Shown in pieces: positions 26,221 through 34,575 of a DNA stretch of 64,000 nucleotides. Origin of the DNA: Spirochaetaceae bacterium (GTDB lineage Bacteria > Spirochaetota > Spirochaetia > DSM-27196 > SLAA01); contig REEM01000100.1 of the NCBI GenBank assembly GCA_007695055.1, positions 12,270 to 76,269 on the forward strand. The letters run 5' to 3'. Position numbers and translations under genes: made by a program. A model generated the notes under the pieces. That model was not told the origin of the DNA and made no database searches. It saw nothing but the letters and a program-made list of their open reading frames with translations. Each line of letters starts with the position of its first letter. The stretch's first letter is position 1.

Positions 26221-27152
26221 ATGAGTTCGATGAGGTGCTCAATGGATTGCCAGAACTGCTCGTCAAGCAAACGCGCGGCGCCGACAACCGCGGCATCTTC
26301 ATGGAGCGTTGAGAACCGAACATCGACCGCGAAATCACTCGCTTCCAATGCATGTTCCATGGCTGGCCCCCACAGAGTATAGGCCTTGGCGATGTTCCCC
26401 CCCACAACCAAAGACTCCGCGCCAAAGCCCTTGAGCCAAGGCCCAACGAACTCCCCTAGCTGCTTGCCACGCCGGCGAAACGCCACTACCGCAGAGTCAT
26501 CACCCTCGCGCGCACGGTCGGCCAAGGCCCTGACACCGGAAACCGTTTGCCCGGAGACTGCGGCATACTCTGCCACGAAACCGCGGGTGGAGAAGAAGTC
26601 GTCAGCCAGGCCGTGGTGACAGGGTAAATGCCAGAGGCAGCCTTGAGGAGGCACCACTGCACCCTCAAGCACCGGAACTCCGTTGTGGATAAAAGCCGAC
26701 CCCAGGCCGGTGCCAAGAGTCAGTGCAACAGAACGCCTATAGGGGGCTGTCGCACCCCGCCATGCCTCGCCAACCGCAAATGCGGTAGCGTCATTAATGA
26801 AGCGAACTGACAAACCGGGATCTACATTGAGTGCGGAGCGCAAAGCGTCTCCAACCTTCACACCTTCAAGGCTCTCGTACTTGCGGCCCGTGCTAGGTGC
26901 CCCCAGTCCTTGGCGGTAATCAAAGGGGCTCGGCATGGCGCACCCGAGGCCAGCAAGCTCATGTTTCCCGAGCGCCGTCAAACTGTCCTGCAGGGCCTGG
27001 GCCCATACCTCTAGAATGTGCTCAGCCCCCTGGGCACTATCAACCGCCCGGGCAGCGCGACTCCTCTGCACCACGGTTCCGGACTCTACCCCCACCAAGG
27101 CCGAGCTTATGTGGCTGCCGCCTATATCGCAGGCAAGTACTACTCTTTCCAT
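26217..27152 (-). CDS. ROK-family sugar kinase-like protein (divergent)
   Basis: MERVVLACDIGGSHISSALV is an ATPase phosphate-1 motif, and GTGLGSAF is also present. The protein lacks the GEIGH and CxCGxxGCxE signatures. An alternative TTG start lies at 27176. Confidence 0.6.
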   Translation of the reverse strand: MERVVLACDIGGSHISSALVGVESGTVVQRSRAARAVDSAQGAEHILEVWAQALQDSLTALGKHELAGLGCAMPSPFDYRQGLGAPSTGRKYESLEGVKVGDALRSALNVDPGLSVRFINDATAFAVGEAWRGATAPYRRSVALTLGTGLGSAFIHNGVPVLEGAVVPPQGCLWHLPCHHGLADDFFSTRGFVAEYAAVSGQTVSGVRALADRAREGDDSAVVAFRRRGKQLGEFVGPWLKGFGAESLVVGGNIAKAYTLWGPAMEHALEASDFAVDVRFSTLHEDAAVVGAARLLDEQFWQSIEHLIELM

Positions 27153-27168
27153 ACCGAGCGCCAAACCG

Positions 27169-28449
27169 CTACACAAGATTCCGGTCTAGTACTTGGCGCA
27201 ATTGGTCTACCGTGTTCACTGCGGCCCGGACGGTGTGGTAGTTCACCTTCCAGGAATGGCTCATGTGCCGCCATAGTGGCTCACCCTCGCGACTCAGCAG
27301 CGGCCACCACTCACCGGTCTCATGGTGAATCATGGTATCCATCACAAATCTATGGACGTTGGTATAGGCCTGCAGATAGCGGTCGTCCTGGTAACGCAGA
27401 AACCCGTCAAGCATACCAATGAGCGTCTCGGCCTGCTGCCAGAACTCCTTGGCTTGATCCGTTGCCGGGCCCTTGTGTGAACCCTCCACGTAGACTCCAC
27501 CATAGGTCTCGTCAATTCCATAACGCACAGCATGATCAAGAGCGCTGCGAATAATGTGGTCATAGGGGGCAATGTCGTCGCCCAAGGTGTTCAGCGCGTC
27601 TATCAGCAGCCAGGCCATCTCGGCATTGTGTCCATATGATGTGTTATCCAAGGGGTTTGCCTTCTGTCCGCTCTCGTCATAGCGGTCCCAACCCCAGACG
27701 ATATCGAACTTAATGTGAGGCGCCTGCTTCCAGTCAACAGTGAACTGTGGAATTCCGGTGCCTCCCGGGCTCAACACGCGTTCAACAATAATGCGAATAA
27801 CCTCACGCAGCTTCCTGGCATGGAGTTCCTTCTGGCTCACCGCATAGAGGCTGGTATAGGCCTCCATCAGGTGCATGTGCACATCCAGGGTCTTGCGGTC
27901 ACCACCCCCGGCGCCTGGCCCGCTCAGCGTCCAGTCACGCTCAAACATTTCCAGGTAGCCACCGTAGGCCGTCTCGGTGCAGTTGATCTGAACAAGGTCA
28001 AAAACCCTTTCTGCGTACTCCAGTCCCACAGGGTCACCGGTGGCTCGGGTATACTCGGCTAGCGCGTAGATTGCAAAGCTGTGGCCGTAGAGAATTTTTT
28101 GGGGAATGATCACCTCGCCCGAACGGTCAACAGTCCAGAAAAACCCGCCGTGCTCGTGGTCCCACATCCGCTCCAGCAGGAACTTCACACCGTGCTCCGC
28201 GTGCGCGGCACACCGTCCCTCCCCATGCCCGGCGCGGTGGGCCAAGGACATACTCAAGACGGTCCGAGTCTGTGCAATGAGTGACTTCTCGTCCTCACCG
28301 GTATCAACACCGTTCTCGTCGAAATGAGTTATGTAGCCCCCGTGCACATCGTCGCGGGATCTATCCAACCAAAACGGCAAGAGCTCGTCATTGAGGTGCT
28401 TCAACATTTCATCATGCATACGCTCGCATTCAGCTCGGTTCATCTTCAC
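27169..28449 (-). CDS. N-acylglucosamine 2-epimerase (AGE) superfamily epimerase/isomerase
   Basis: 426 aa. ELLPFWLDRSRDDVHGGYITHFDENG, repeated (alpha/alpha)6-barrel Trp/His motifs and HGGFFW are typical of AGE, cellobiose 2-epimerase and related enzymes. Confidence 0.8.
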   Translation of the reverse strand: MKMNRAECERMHDEMLKHLNDELLPFWLDRSRDDVHGGYITHFDENGVDTGEDEKSLIAQTRTVLSMSLAHRAGHGEGRCAAHAEHGVKFLLERMWDHEHGGFFWTVDRSGEVIIPQKILYGHSFAIYALAEYTRATGDPVGLEYAERVFDLVQINCTETAYGGYLEMFERDWTLSGPGAGGGDRKTLDVHMHLMEAYTSLYAVSQKELHARKLREVIRIIVERVLSPGGTGIPQFTVDWKQAPHIKFDIVWGWDRYDESGQKANPLDNTSYGHNAEMAWLLIDALNTLGDDIAPYDHIIRSALDHAVRYGIDETYGGVYVEGSHKGPATDQAKEFWQQAETLIGMLDGFLRYQDDRYLQAYTNVHRFVMDTMIHHETGEWWPLLSREGEPLWRHMSHSWKVNYHTVRAAVNTVDQLRQVLDRNLV

Positions 28450-28452
28450 TCC

Positions 28453-29583
28453 TTAACCTTGTTCATGCAGAACCTGATAGAGTCGATGCAGAGCCACACG
28501 GTTGTCGGCCGCAAGGTACTGCATCGTCCCTCCCATTCTGCTAAATGTTTTCAAGAAGCGCATGTAGTATGCAGGATCGTCGGCGGGTGGCTCTCCAGAA
28601 GTTGCCCAGTCCCAAGTAGATTCCATGAGGTCTACCACACACACATAGTGATTCCGAATAGACCGCCCAGCCTGCAGCGCCAGATTCATAGCCATAGAAA
28701 AGGACTTTTCAAAAACCATTGGTGACATAACCGCCGACCCGACCGAGAGATACACTCCGTGATCTATACGGGAAATCTCGGCGGCAAAACGCAAGAAGTC
28801 GTGTTCGGCACAGCGGCCAATTGCAGCACCATAACTCGTTGGATGGGTGTAAATAATGTCATGGCCAAACATAGGATGTCCGGTGAACGGGACGCCCAAT
28901 CGCCGGGCGGCTGCCTGCAGGCTAAACTCAAGATAAGGATGCTTAATCTCAATGCGCCCCGGGCCCAGTCCATGGCGGCGGATTGCGTCTAAGAGGTCGC
29001 AGGCGGCACCTGCACAGCTATGCCCTTCCGGTAGGGCGTCCACAACCTCCTGGAGCAGTTCAGCCTCGGCAGGAATAGTGAGTCCGTTGTCCAGAATCAT
29101 TGTCCCCACCGACTCACCGTAACCTAAGCCGCGCCATGCTCCAACAAGCAGCGCCAGGTTGAGATTCCTGCCCGTCTCCTCCCACAAGCCAAAGCGCCCT
29201 TGTGCGGTATTTGCTCGTACGTCCTCACTGGTGAGCCCTTGAAATGCAAGCTCCCAGTCATGAATGATACCGGCGCCGTTGGTAGCAAGCAGGGTGAACC
29301 ATCCCTCTTCAATGAGACGGATCAGCACAGGACCCAGACCGTTCTTAATGGTGTGGGCACCAAAGGCCATGATGCGCGGGGCCCCTGCCGCGCGGGCAGC
29401 ACGCATTCTGGTAGCAAGTTCCTGGACGGTAGCCTCGGCATCCGCCCCCAGATGCCCAGAGAGGGCACCGTACGGATCCAGCATGTCGGACTCGACCTTC
29501 ACGCGGTTTGCCCGCTCGCCCAAGGGATAGGTTCGTAACTGCAGGCGATCAAACTCAGCTGCTTTATCCATGAGACGCTCCAT
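28453..29583 (-). CDS. Deoxyhypusine-synthase-like (DS-fold, probable NAD-binding) protein of unknown function
   Basis: By-eye colinearity with deoxyhypusine synthase blocks. FGAHTIKNGLGPVLIRLIEEGWFTLLATNGAGIIHDWE compares with ..TSNLISSGxRExIRYLVQHxMVDVLVTTAGGVEEDxIK. GVPFTGHPMFGHDII compares with IPVFSPALTDGSLGDM. The start is uncertain (ATG 29583 or GTG 29610). Confidence 0.45.
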   Translation of the reverse strand: MERLMDKAAEFDRLQLRTYPLGERANRVKVESDMLDPYGALSGHLGADAEATVQELATRMRAARAAGAPRIMAFGAHTIKNGLGPVLIRLIEEGWFTLLATNGAGIIHDWELAFQGLTSEDVRANTAQGRFGLWEETGRNLNLALLVGAWRGLGYGESVGTMILDNGLTIPAEAELLQEVVDALPEGHSCAGAACDLLDAIRRHGLGPGRIEIKHPYLEFSLQAAARRLGVPFTGHPMFGHDIIYTHPTSYGAAIGRCAEHDFLRFAAEISRIDHGVYLSVGSAVMSPMVFEKSFSMAMNLALQAGRSIRNHYVCVVDLMESTWDWATSGEPPADDPAYYMRFLKTFSRMGGTMQYLAADNRVALHRLYQVLHEQG

Positions 29584-31492
29584 GTACAGCGGCACGACCT
29601 GTACCGCCACCGGATGTCAGGCCCAGGTACTCCAGCAGTCGGTCAAGCTGAGAGTAGTCGGGAATCACACAGTCGGCCCCTGCCAGGATAAGCCGCTCGC
29701 GTTTCGCAAGATTAAGCCCGTAACGCCGCACCTCATCTGACGCAACACCAACCGCATATCCGCCAGCCTTGTGCGTCTCGCGGATCTCAACCGGTCCATC
29801 ACCAAAGGTGATGATCCCGCCCGCCTTTTCAGAGCCAATCTCATGCAGAATGCGTTCCAGCACGACTCGTTTGGGGTCACGCCGAACATCTCCTACCGAA
29901 CCGAATATTCCTCCATTAAAGAGGTTCGCGTAACCAAGCAGCTCGGCCTCGGCACGGACATCCTGCTCGTCAGTACCACTTGCCAGGTAGAGCACCAGGC
30001 CGTGTTTCCGGAGGGTCTGCAGAAGCGGAACAGCATTTTTGACGGTGAGATCATGGACACTCAGCTCGCCTGCACGAAAACGCACCAGTCGCCGCTCAAC
30101 CATGGTGAGCAGTTCATCGTTGTACAGCGCCTTGTACTCAGCAGGGGTCAACACCTCAGCAGGCGGCACGTAGCCAAAGTCGCGCACCATCTCTGTAAGT
30201 ATCTGCATCTGGTACATCGTCTGATATCCGGTAGTACGGTCTATGAACTCACGCACCGCCTCATGCACCGTGGATCGTTTTTCGGTGGTTGCGGTTTCAA
30301 ATTGGGAGCCCAGAATCACCCGACACATGAGCGGCTCCATCACCTGTTCCCATCCCTCCCGCACGGTTGAGATAGTGCCATCGTGGTCGAACACTGCGTA
30401 TGCGAACGCGGCTTCTGGCAGCTCGGTAACAACTTCCATATCACTGCTGTCGATGTAGCGAGCCTTGTGTGGTGAGTGCGCACGTTCCGGGTTGTACAGG
30501 TAGTCTGGGCTTTGTCCTATCTCACGGATCTCGTCCGGAGCGGCTGTGCCGGTTCGGAGCAGCTTTCTCACAGTAACCCCGGCCACAAAGCCTCCAAACA
30601 CCGCCGCCTGCACTGCGTTGAGACCGCTGACTCGGGCGGCTACAATGCCTGCAATCATGCTGTCACCCGCTCCGACCGGGTCCACCGTGCCAGCTATTGC
30701 TGGAGCTGGCAGAACCTTGGCCTGCCCAGCCTCCGCAACAACACAACCTTCCTCACCCCGTGTGAGATAGACCGTCTGCTGCCAGCGCTCGGACAACACC
30801 AGCGCCGCAGTGCAGGGGTCTTCGGCGCGTCCGAGGACGGCCTGGGCCTCACGCAGGTTGAGCTTTCGTATGGTGCCGGGAAACTCCTCGGTGTAGTCAC
30901 GACTGTCCAGGAACACCGGCAGCTTGGCGTGTTCCGATATCAGCTCAGCAAGTCCGATGCGGAAGCTTGGAGTATGAATGCCGTTGCGAAGTTGTTGGTT
31001 AATAATGAGCGCATCGTAGGAGGCGAGGTCCGCCCTGAGTCGCTCCTGCAGCAGTCCCACACTCACCGTGTCTGCGGAATTCAGGGTGCCGAGATCAATA
31101 CGCGGTTCTTCTTGCTCGTCCTTGTAGAGCTTGGTGTAGACATTGGTATGCCAACTGGAGGACTGCACGACGAGACCGTCGGTACCTATGCCAGCACGAC
31201 GGCAGTGCTCTACAACTTCTCTGCCATAGAGGTCATCACCAATGATCCCGTAGAGCGCCACCTTTCCAACCCCAAGCGAGGCAAGATTAGCTGCGACGTT
31301 GGCCGCGCCACCCAGAGAACTCCGCATGGATTCCACAATGCGGGTTGGTAGTCCGGTCTCGACCGAGATCTCCGACTCATCTGCAAGAAACTTGTACACA
31401 TCCAGACACACATCACCCACAACGGCGATGCGAGCCGACGGAAACGCGGAAAGTACCCTTTCAAGCTCGGTGGCAGGGATGTTGCTCTCCAT
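29564..31492 (-). CDS. Bifunctional PfkB-family sugar kinase (HldE/RfaE domain-I-like) fused to a HAD-superfamily phosphatase
   Basis: The N-terminal half has IAVVGDVCLDVY...LGGAANVAANLASLG...DPVGAGD (ribokinase fold, heptose-kinase-like). The C-terminal half has HAD motifs FDHDGT, LASGT and FGDGPVE. The start at ATG 31492 has an AAGGAAA RBS. Confidence 0.75.
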   Translation of the reverse strand: MESNIPATELERVLSAFPSARIAVVGDVCLDVYKFLADESEISVETGLPTRIVESMRSSLGGAANVAANLASLGVGKVALYGIIGDDLYGREVVEHCRRAGIGTDGLVVQSSSWHTNVYTKLYKDEQEEPRIDLGTLNSADTVSVGLLQERLRADLASYDALIINQQLRNGIHTPSFRIGLAELISEHAKLPVFLDSRDYTEEFPGTIRKLNLREAQAVLGRAEDPCTAALVLSERWQQTVYLTRGEEGCVVAEAGQAKVLPAPAIAGTVDPVGAGDSMIAGIVAARVSGLNAVQAAVFGGFVAGVTVRKLLRTGTAAPDEIREIGQSPDYLYNPERAHSPHKARYIDSSDMEVVTELPEAAFAYAVFDHDGTISTVREGWEQVMEPLMCRVILGSQFETATTEKRSTVHEAVREFIDRTTGYQTMYQMQILTEMVRDFGYVPPAEVLTPAEYKALYNDELLTMVERRLVRFRAGELSVHDLTVKNAVPLLQTLRKHGLVLYLASGTDEQDVRAEAELLGYANLFNGGIFGSVGDVRRDPKRVVLERILHEIGSEKAGGIITFGDGPVEIRETHKAGGYAVGVASDEVRRYGLNLAKRERLILAGADCVIPDYSQLDRLLEYLGLTSGGGTGRAAVHGASHG

Positions 31493-31510
31493 AGTGATTT
31501 CCTTCACGAA

Positions 31511-31524
31511 TGTAACCGTTTGCA
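31511..31524. promoter_or_regulatory. LacI-family operator O2 in front of the kinase-HAD operon
   Basis: TGTAACCGTTTGCA matches the LacI/CcpA-type palindrome TGTAANCGNTTACA at 13/14 positions. It lies 19-32 nt upstream of ATG 31492. Confidence 0.6.
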
Positions 31525-31744
31525 TCCTCAGTATAGAGGCGGAATTTGCCGTCGTCAACGAAAGATTGCAACCCGGTTTCAACTTCCTTGGCAGATCGGC
31601 GCAGTATCCGACTATGGAGCGGACAGTAGTGCGTTACGGTGGCCAGGCAATCGCGTCCTGGCGCGCTACATCCACGCTGTCATGCTGAGACTGACCGTTG
31701 GAAATCTTGACGGCTGCTCGTAGTGGTAGTACCATAAGAAGACT

Positions 31745-31760
31745 ATGTAAGCGGTTACAT
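31745..31760. promoter_or_regulatory. LacI-family operator O1 in front of the lacI-family gene
   Basis: ATGTAAGCGGTTACAT has perfect 6-bp arms (ATGTAA/TTACAT) around a CG-containing core and fits TGWAANCGNTNWCA. It lies 46 nt upstream of ATG 31806. Confidence 0.65.
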
Positions 31761-31805
31761 GCCAACTGCACCTGGCTTTTCCTGCAGCGCGGCAAAGGAA
31801 CACCA

Positions 31806-32846
31806 ATGAGTAAACAACTGACCATGAGCGATATCGCCCGAATGGCAGGCGTCTCAATTGCGACGGTGTCCCGGGTTCTCTCCAACCACCCTATGGTTCG
31901 GGAAGAGACGCGCAACCGTGTGCTTTCACTGGTCAAGGAGCACCGCTATGAACCAAGCTACGTCGCCCGCAATCTGAGCACCAGGCGAACCCACACCATT
32001 GGAGTAGTGGTAGATGACATCTCTAATCCCTTTTTTATGGAGCTCGCAAAAGGGGTCGAGTCAGTGCTTCAGAAAAACGGTTACACCATGCTCCTTACCA
32101 GCTCAGGCTGGGACACGGCTAAAGAGGCTGACCTTATCCGTACCCTGTTGCGAAACAGAGTCGACGGAGTGCTCCTTACCCCGGTCCATCCGGAATCAGA
32201 GTCAACCGACGTCATGCGACGCAACGGAGTTCCGTTCGTTGTCATGAACTGCCATAGTGACAATGAGTCGGTCAGTTATGTTTCCACCGACAACGTCGAA
32301 GGTGGGCGGCTTGCTGCCGAACTCATGCTCCGCACCAACCTCACACGGTTTTTGTGCCTCTCGGGGGTACCACACCAGAGCACCTCCGAACGTGCCGAGG
32401 GCTTTATGCATGAGATACGGAGCAATGGGCGTGGCGATGACCTTTCAGTCTACGACGAGGTTCGAACCTTCGACGACGGGTACAACATTGTTCCAAGCCT
32501 TATTGCCCGCAACCGCCTGGACGTGGTCCGCACTGGAATTTTTACCTCAAACGACTTTGTGGCTATGGGGATCCTTGAGGGCCTTATTGCCCACGGTATC
32601 CCGGTTCCTTCTCAGGTGTCGGTTATTGGATATGACGATATCGCCTTTGCCGAACGCTACAGAATACCACTCACGACCGTAATACAGGCCAAGCACAGCA
32701 TGGGGCAGCTTGCTGCGGATGAACTCCTGGAACTCATTCAAGACCGCAACCACACTCCGGCCCGGCTGCTACTTAAACCACGGCTTATTGTGCGTGACTC
32801 CTGTATCGCAGCTCACACGCATGAACCACGGAGCGCTGTACCATGA
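31806..32846 (+). CDS. LacI-family transcriptional regulator
   Basis: MSKQLTMSDIARMAGVSIATVSRVLSNHP is the HTH, followed by a periplasmic-binding-protein-like sugar-binding core. An AAGGAA RBS precedes the start. The track's upstream extension from 31698 is discounted. Confidence 0.9.
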   Translation: MSKQLTMSDIARMAGVSIATVSRVLSNHPMVREETRNRVLSLVKEHRYEPSYVARNLSTRRTHTIGVVVDDISNPFFMELAKGVESVLQKNGYTMLLTSSGWDTAKEADLIRTLLRNRVDGVLLTPVHPESESTDVMRRNGVPFVVMNCHSDNESVSYVSTDNVEGGRLAAELMLRTNLTRFLCLSGVPHQSTSERAEGFMHEIRSNGRGDDLSVYDEVRTFDDGYNIVPSLIARNRLDVVRTGIFTSNDFVAMGILEGLIAHGIPVPSQVSVIGYDDIAFAERYRIPLTTVIQAKHSMGQLAADELLELIQDRNHTPARLLLKPRLIVRDSCIAAHTHEPRSAVP

Positions 32847-33829
32847 ACTACTTTCTGGGGTTCGACATTGGTGGAACAAAATGCTCGGTAGTCCTTGGCA
32901 ATGATCACGGCAGTCTACTCGAGCACCGCTCATTTGCTACCGACCATAATTCTGGCCCGGACGCAGTTATTCGGCAGTTATGTGAGACTGCCAGCGGGCT
33001 CTCGAGTGCTCTTCAAAGCTCACGCGGACAGAAGCCGGTCGCAATTGGAATGAGTTGTGGCGGGCCGCTGGACTCACGCTCCGGCATTATCTACTCACCG
33101 CCCAACCTACCGGGGTGGGACGCTGTGCCCATTGTTAAAATTGTAGGCTCTGAACTCGGTGTTCCAACCGCACTACAAAACGATGCAAACGCGTGCGCCT
33201 TGGCCGAGTGGCGCTATGGAGCAGGGCGTGGATACCGCAACATGGTGTTCCTCACCTTTGGTACCGGCATGGGCGCCGGATTGATTCTGGATGGACGGCT
33301 TTATACCGGAACGAACGACATGGCTGGAGAAATTGGTCACGTCCGAATGGAAGACTCCGGCCCCTTAGGTTATGGTAAAAAAGGGTCTTTTGAGGGTTTC
33401 TGCAGCGGCGCCGGGATAGCGCGTCTTGCCCGCAGCCGAGTGCAGACCGAGTGGGCCCAGGGTCGCCGGGTGGCGTTCTGTGCCAACGAGGCTCAGCTTG
33501 AGGCTCTCACAACACGTGAGGTTGGGGAAGCTGCCTTGGCGGGTGATCCGACAGCAGTGGAAATTATAGAAACGAGCGCAGAGTATCTGGGCCGCGGTTT
33601 GGCAATTATCGTAGATCTTTTGAACCCGGAGTGCATAGTTCTTGGTAGCATTTTTGTTCGCTTAGAAGCACTTCTGCGTCCCAGAATGGAGGCGGTGCTC
33701 CAAAGCGAGTGTTTAGAACAGGCGGGACGGGTGTGCCGAATCCTGCCCGCTGCACTTGGTGAGGAGGTCGGCCTCATGGCGGCACTCTCGGTCGCGGAGA
33801 AAGCATACATGGAGGCTGGCAATGAATGA
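32843..33829 (+). CDS. ROK-family sugar kinase (Cys-less zinc-motif variant)
   Basis: FLGFDIGGTKCSV and AGEIGH are present. The canonical CxCGxxGCxE reads LGYGKKGSFE here. A 4-nt overlap links it to the lacI-family gene. Confidence 0.8.
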   Translation: MNYFLGFDIGGTKCSVVLGNDHGSLLEHRSFATDHNSGPDAVIRQLCETASGLSSALQSSRGQKPVAIGMSCGGPLDSRSGIIYSPPNLPGWDAVPIVKIVGSELGVPTALQNDANACALAEWRYGAGRGYRNMVFLTFGTGMGAGLILDGRLYTGTNDMAGEIGHVRMEDSGPLGYGKKGSFEGFCSGAGIARLARSRVQTEWAQGRRVAFCANEAQLEALTTREVGEAALAGDPTAVEIIETSAEYLGRGLAIIVDLLNPECIVLGSIFVRLEALLRPRMEAVLQSECLEQAGRVCRILPAALGEEVGLMAALSVAEKAYMEAGNE

Positions 33830-34481
33830 GTCGCAGTTGAACGCACCCCCCTCTCTCGCTCACCTTATAGAACGATATCCGCAACTTGAGTCACTGCAGG
33901 AGAACATGCTGAGCGCCTTCAATGCTCTCAGAACAGGATTCGCAGACGGGAAACGGCTGTTCTTATGTGGCAACGGCGGTAGTGCGGCCGACGCCGAGCA
34001 CATTGTCGGTGAACTCATGAAGGGGTACCTCAAGGCTCGGCCGGTGTCAGGCGAGTTCCGCAAGAAGCTGGTGCAGCGACATCCGACCGACGGGAACTAC
34101 CTTGCCGACCACCTGCAGGGCGCGCTTCCGGCAGTAGCACTTACCGGGCACTCCTCGTTGAGCAGTGCCTACGCCAACGATGTCGCCGCGGACATGGGCT
34201 TTGCACAACAGTTGTACGGCTATGGTCAACCGGGAGATATGCTGCTGGCAATCAGCACCTCTGGGAACTCAACAAACGTTGTGAACGCGGTGAAGCTCGC
34301 CCAGGTGCTGGACATCCTGAGCATAGGCCTGAGCGGTGCCGATGGTGGTCGGCTTGCTAATCTCTGTACCGTCACTATCCGTGTGCCTGAGCACTCAACA
34401 CCCAGGATTCAGGAACTGCACCTTCCGGTGTATCACTGGCTCTGCGAGGCACTTGAAGAGCACTTCTTTGGCGACTCATAA
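33822..34481 (+). CDS. SIS-domain sugar-phosphate isomerase, GmhA (sedoheptulose-7-P isomerase)-like
   Basis: LFLCGNGGSAADAEHIVGELMKGY and ISTSGNSTNVVNA match GmhA-type SIS motifs. ATG 33822 overlaps the ROK stop by 8 nt. Confidence 0.75.
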   Translation: MNESQLNAPPSLAHLIERYPQLESLQENMLSAFNALRTGFADGKRLFLCGNGGSAADAEHIVGELMKGYLKARPVSGEFRKKLVQRHPTDGNYLADHLQGALPAVALTGHSSLSSAYANDVAADMGFAQQLYGYGQPGDMLLAISTSGNSTNVVNAVKLAQVLDILSIGLSGADGGRLANLCTVTIRVPEHSTPRIQELHLPVYHWLCEALEEHFFGDS

Positions 34482-34575
34482 GCAGAGGTGAAGTGAGCGC
34501 GGGCTGCAGAAGTACTTGGACAAGTTCCGACCCGAGAGTGTATACTACCGCATACCATTAAACGGAGTAACAAAG

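Noticed and set aside
31520-31936. Small ORFs (63-129 aa) on both strands in and around the LacI divergent region
   Set aside because: They have no RBS and odd composition, and they overlap the operators and the LacI start. The region is better explained as regulatory DNA.
34482-34575. Search for a sigma-54 promoter upstream of ygeW (the E. coli locus has a sigma-54 activator, YgeV)
   Set aside because: No GG-N10-GC element is present. Only a weak TTGGAC...TGtATACT sigma-70-like arrangement with a 19-nt spacer was found, too uncertain to annotate.
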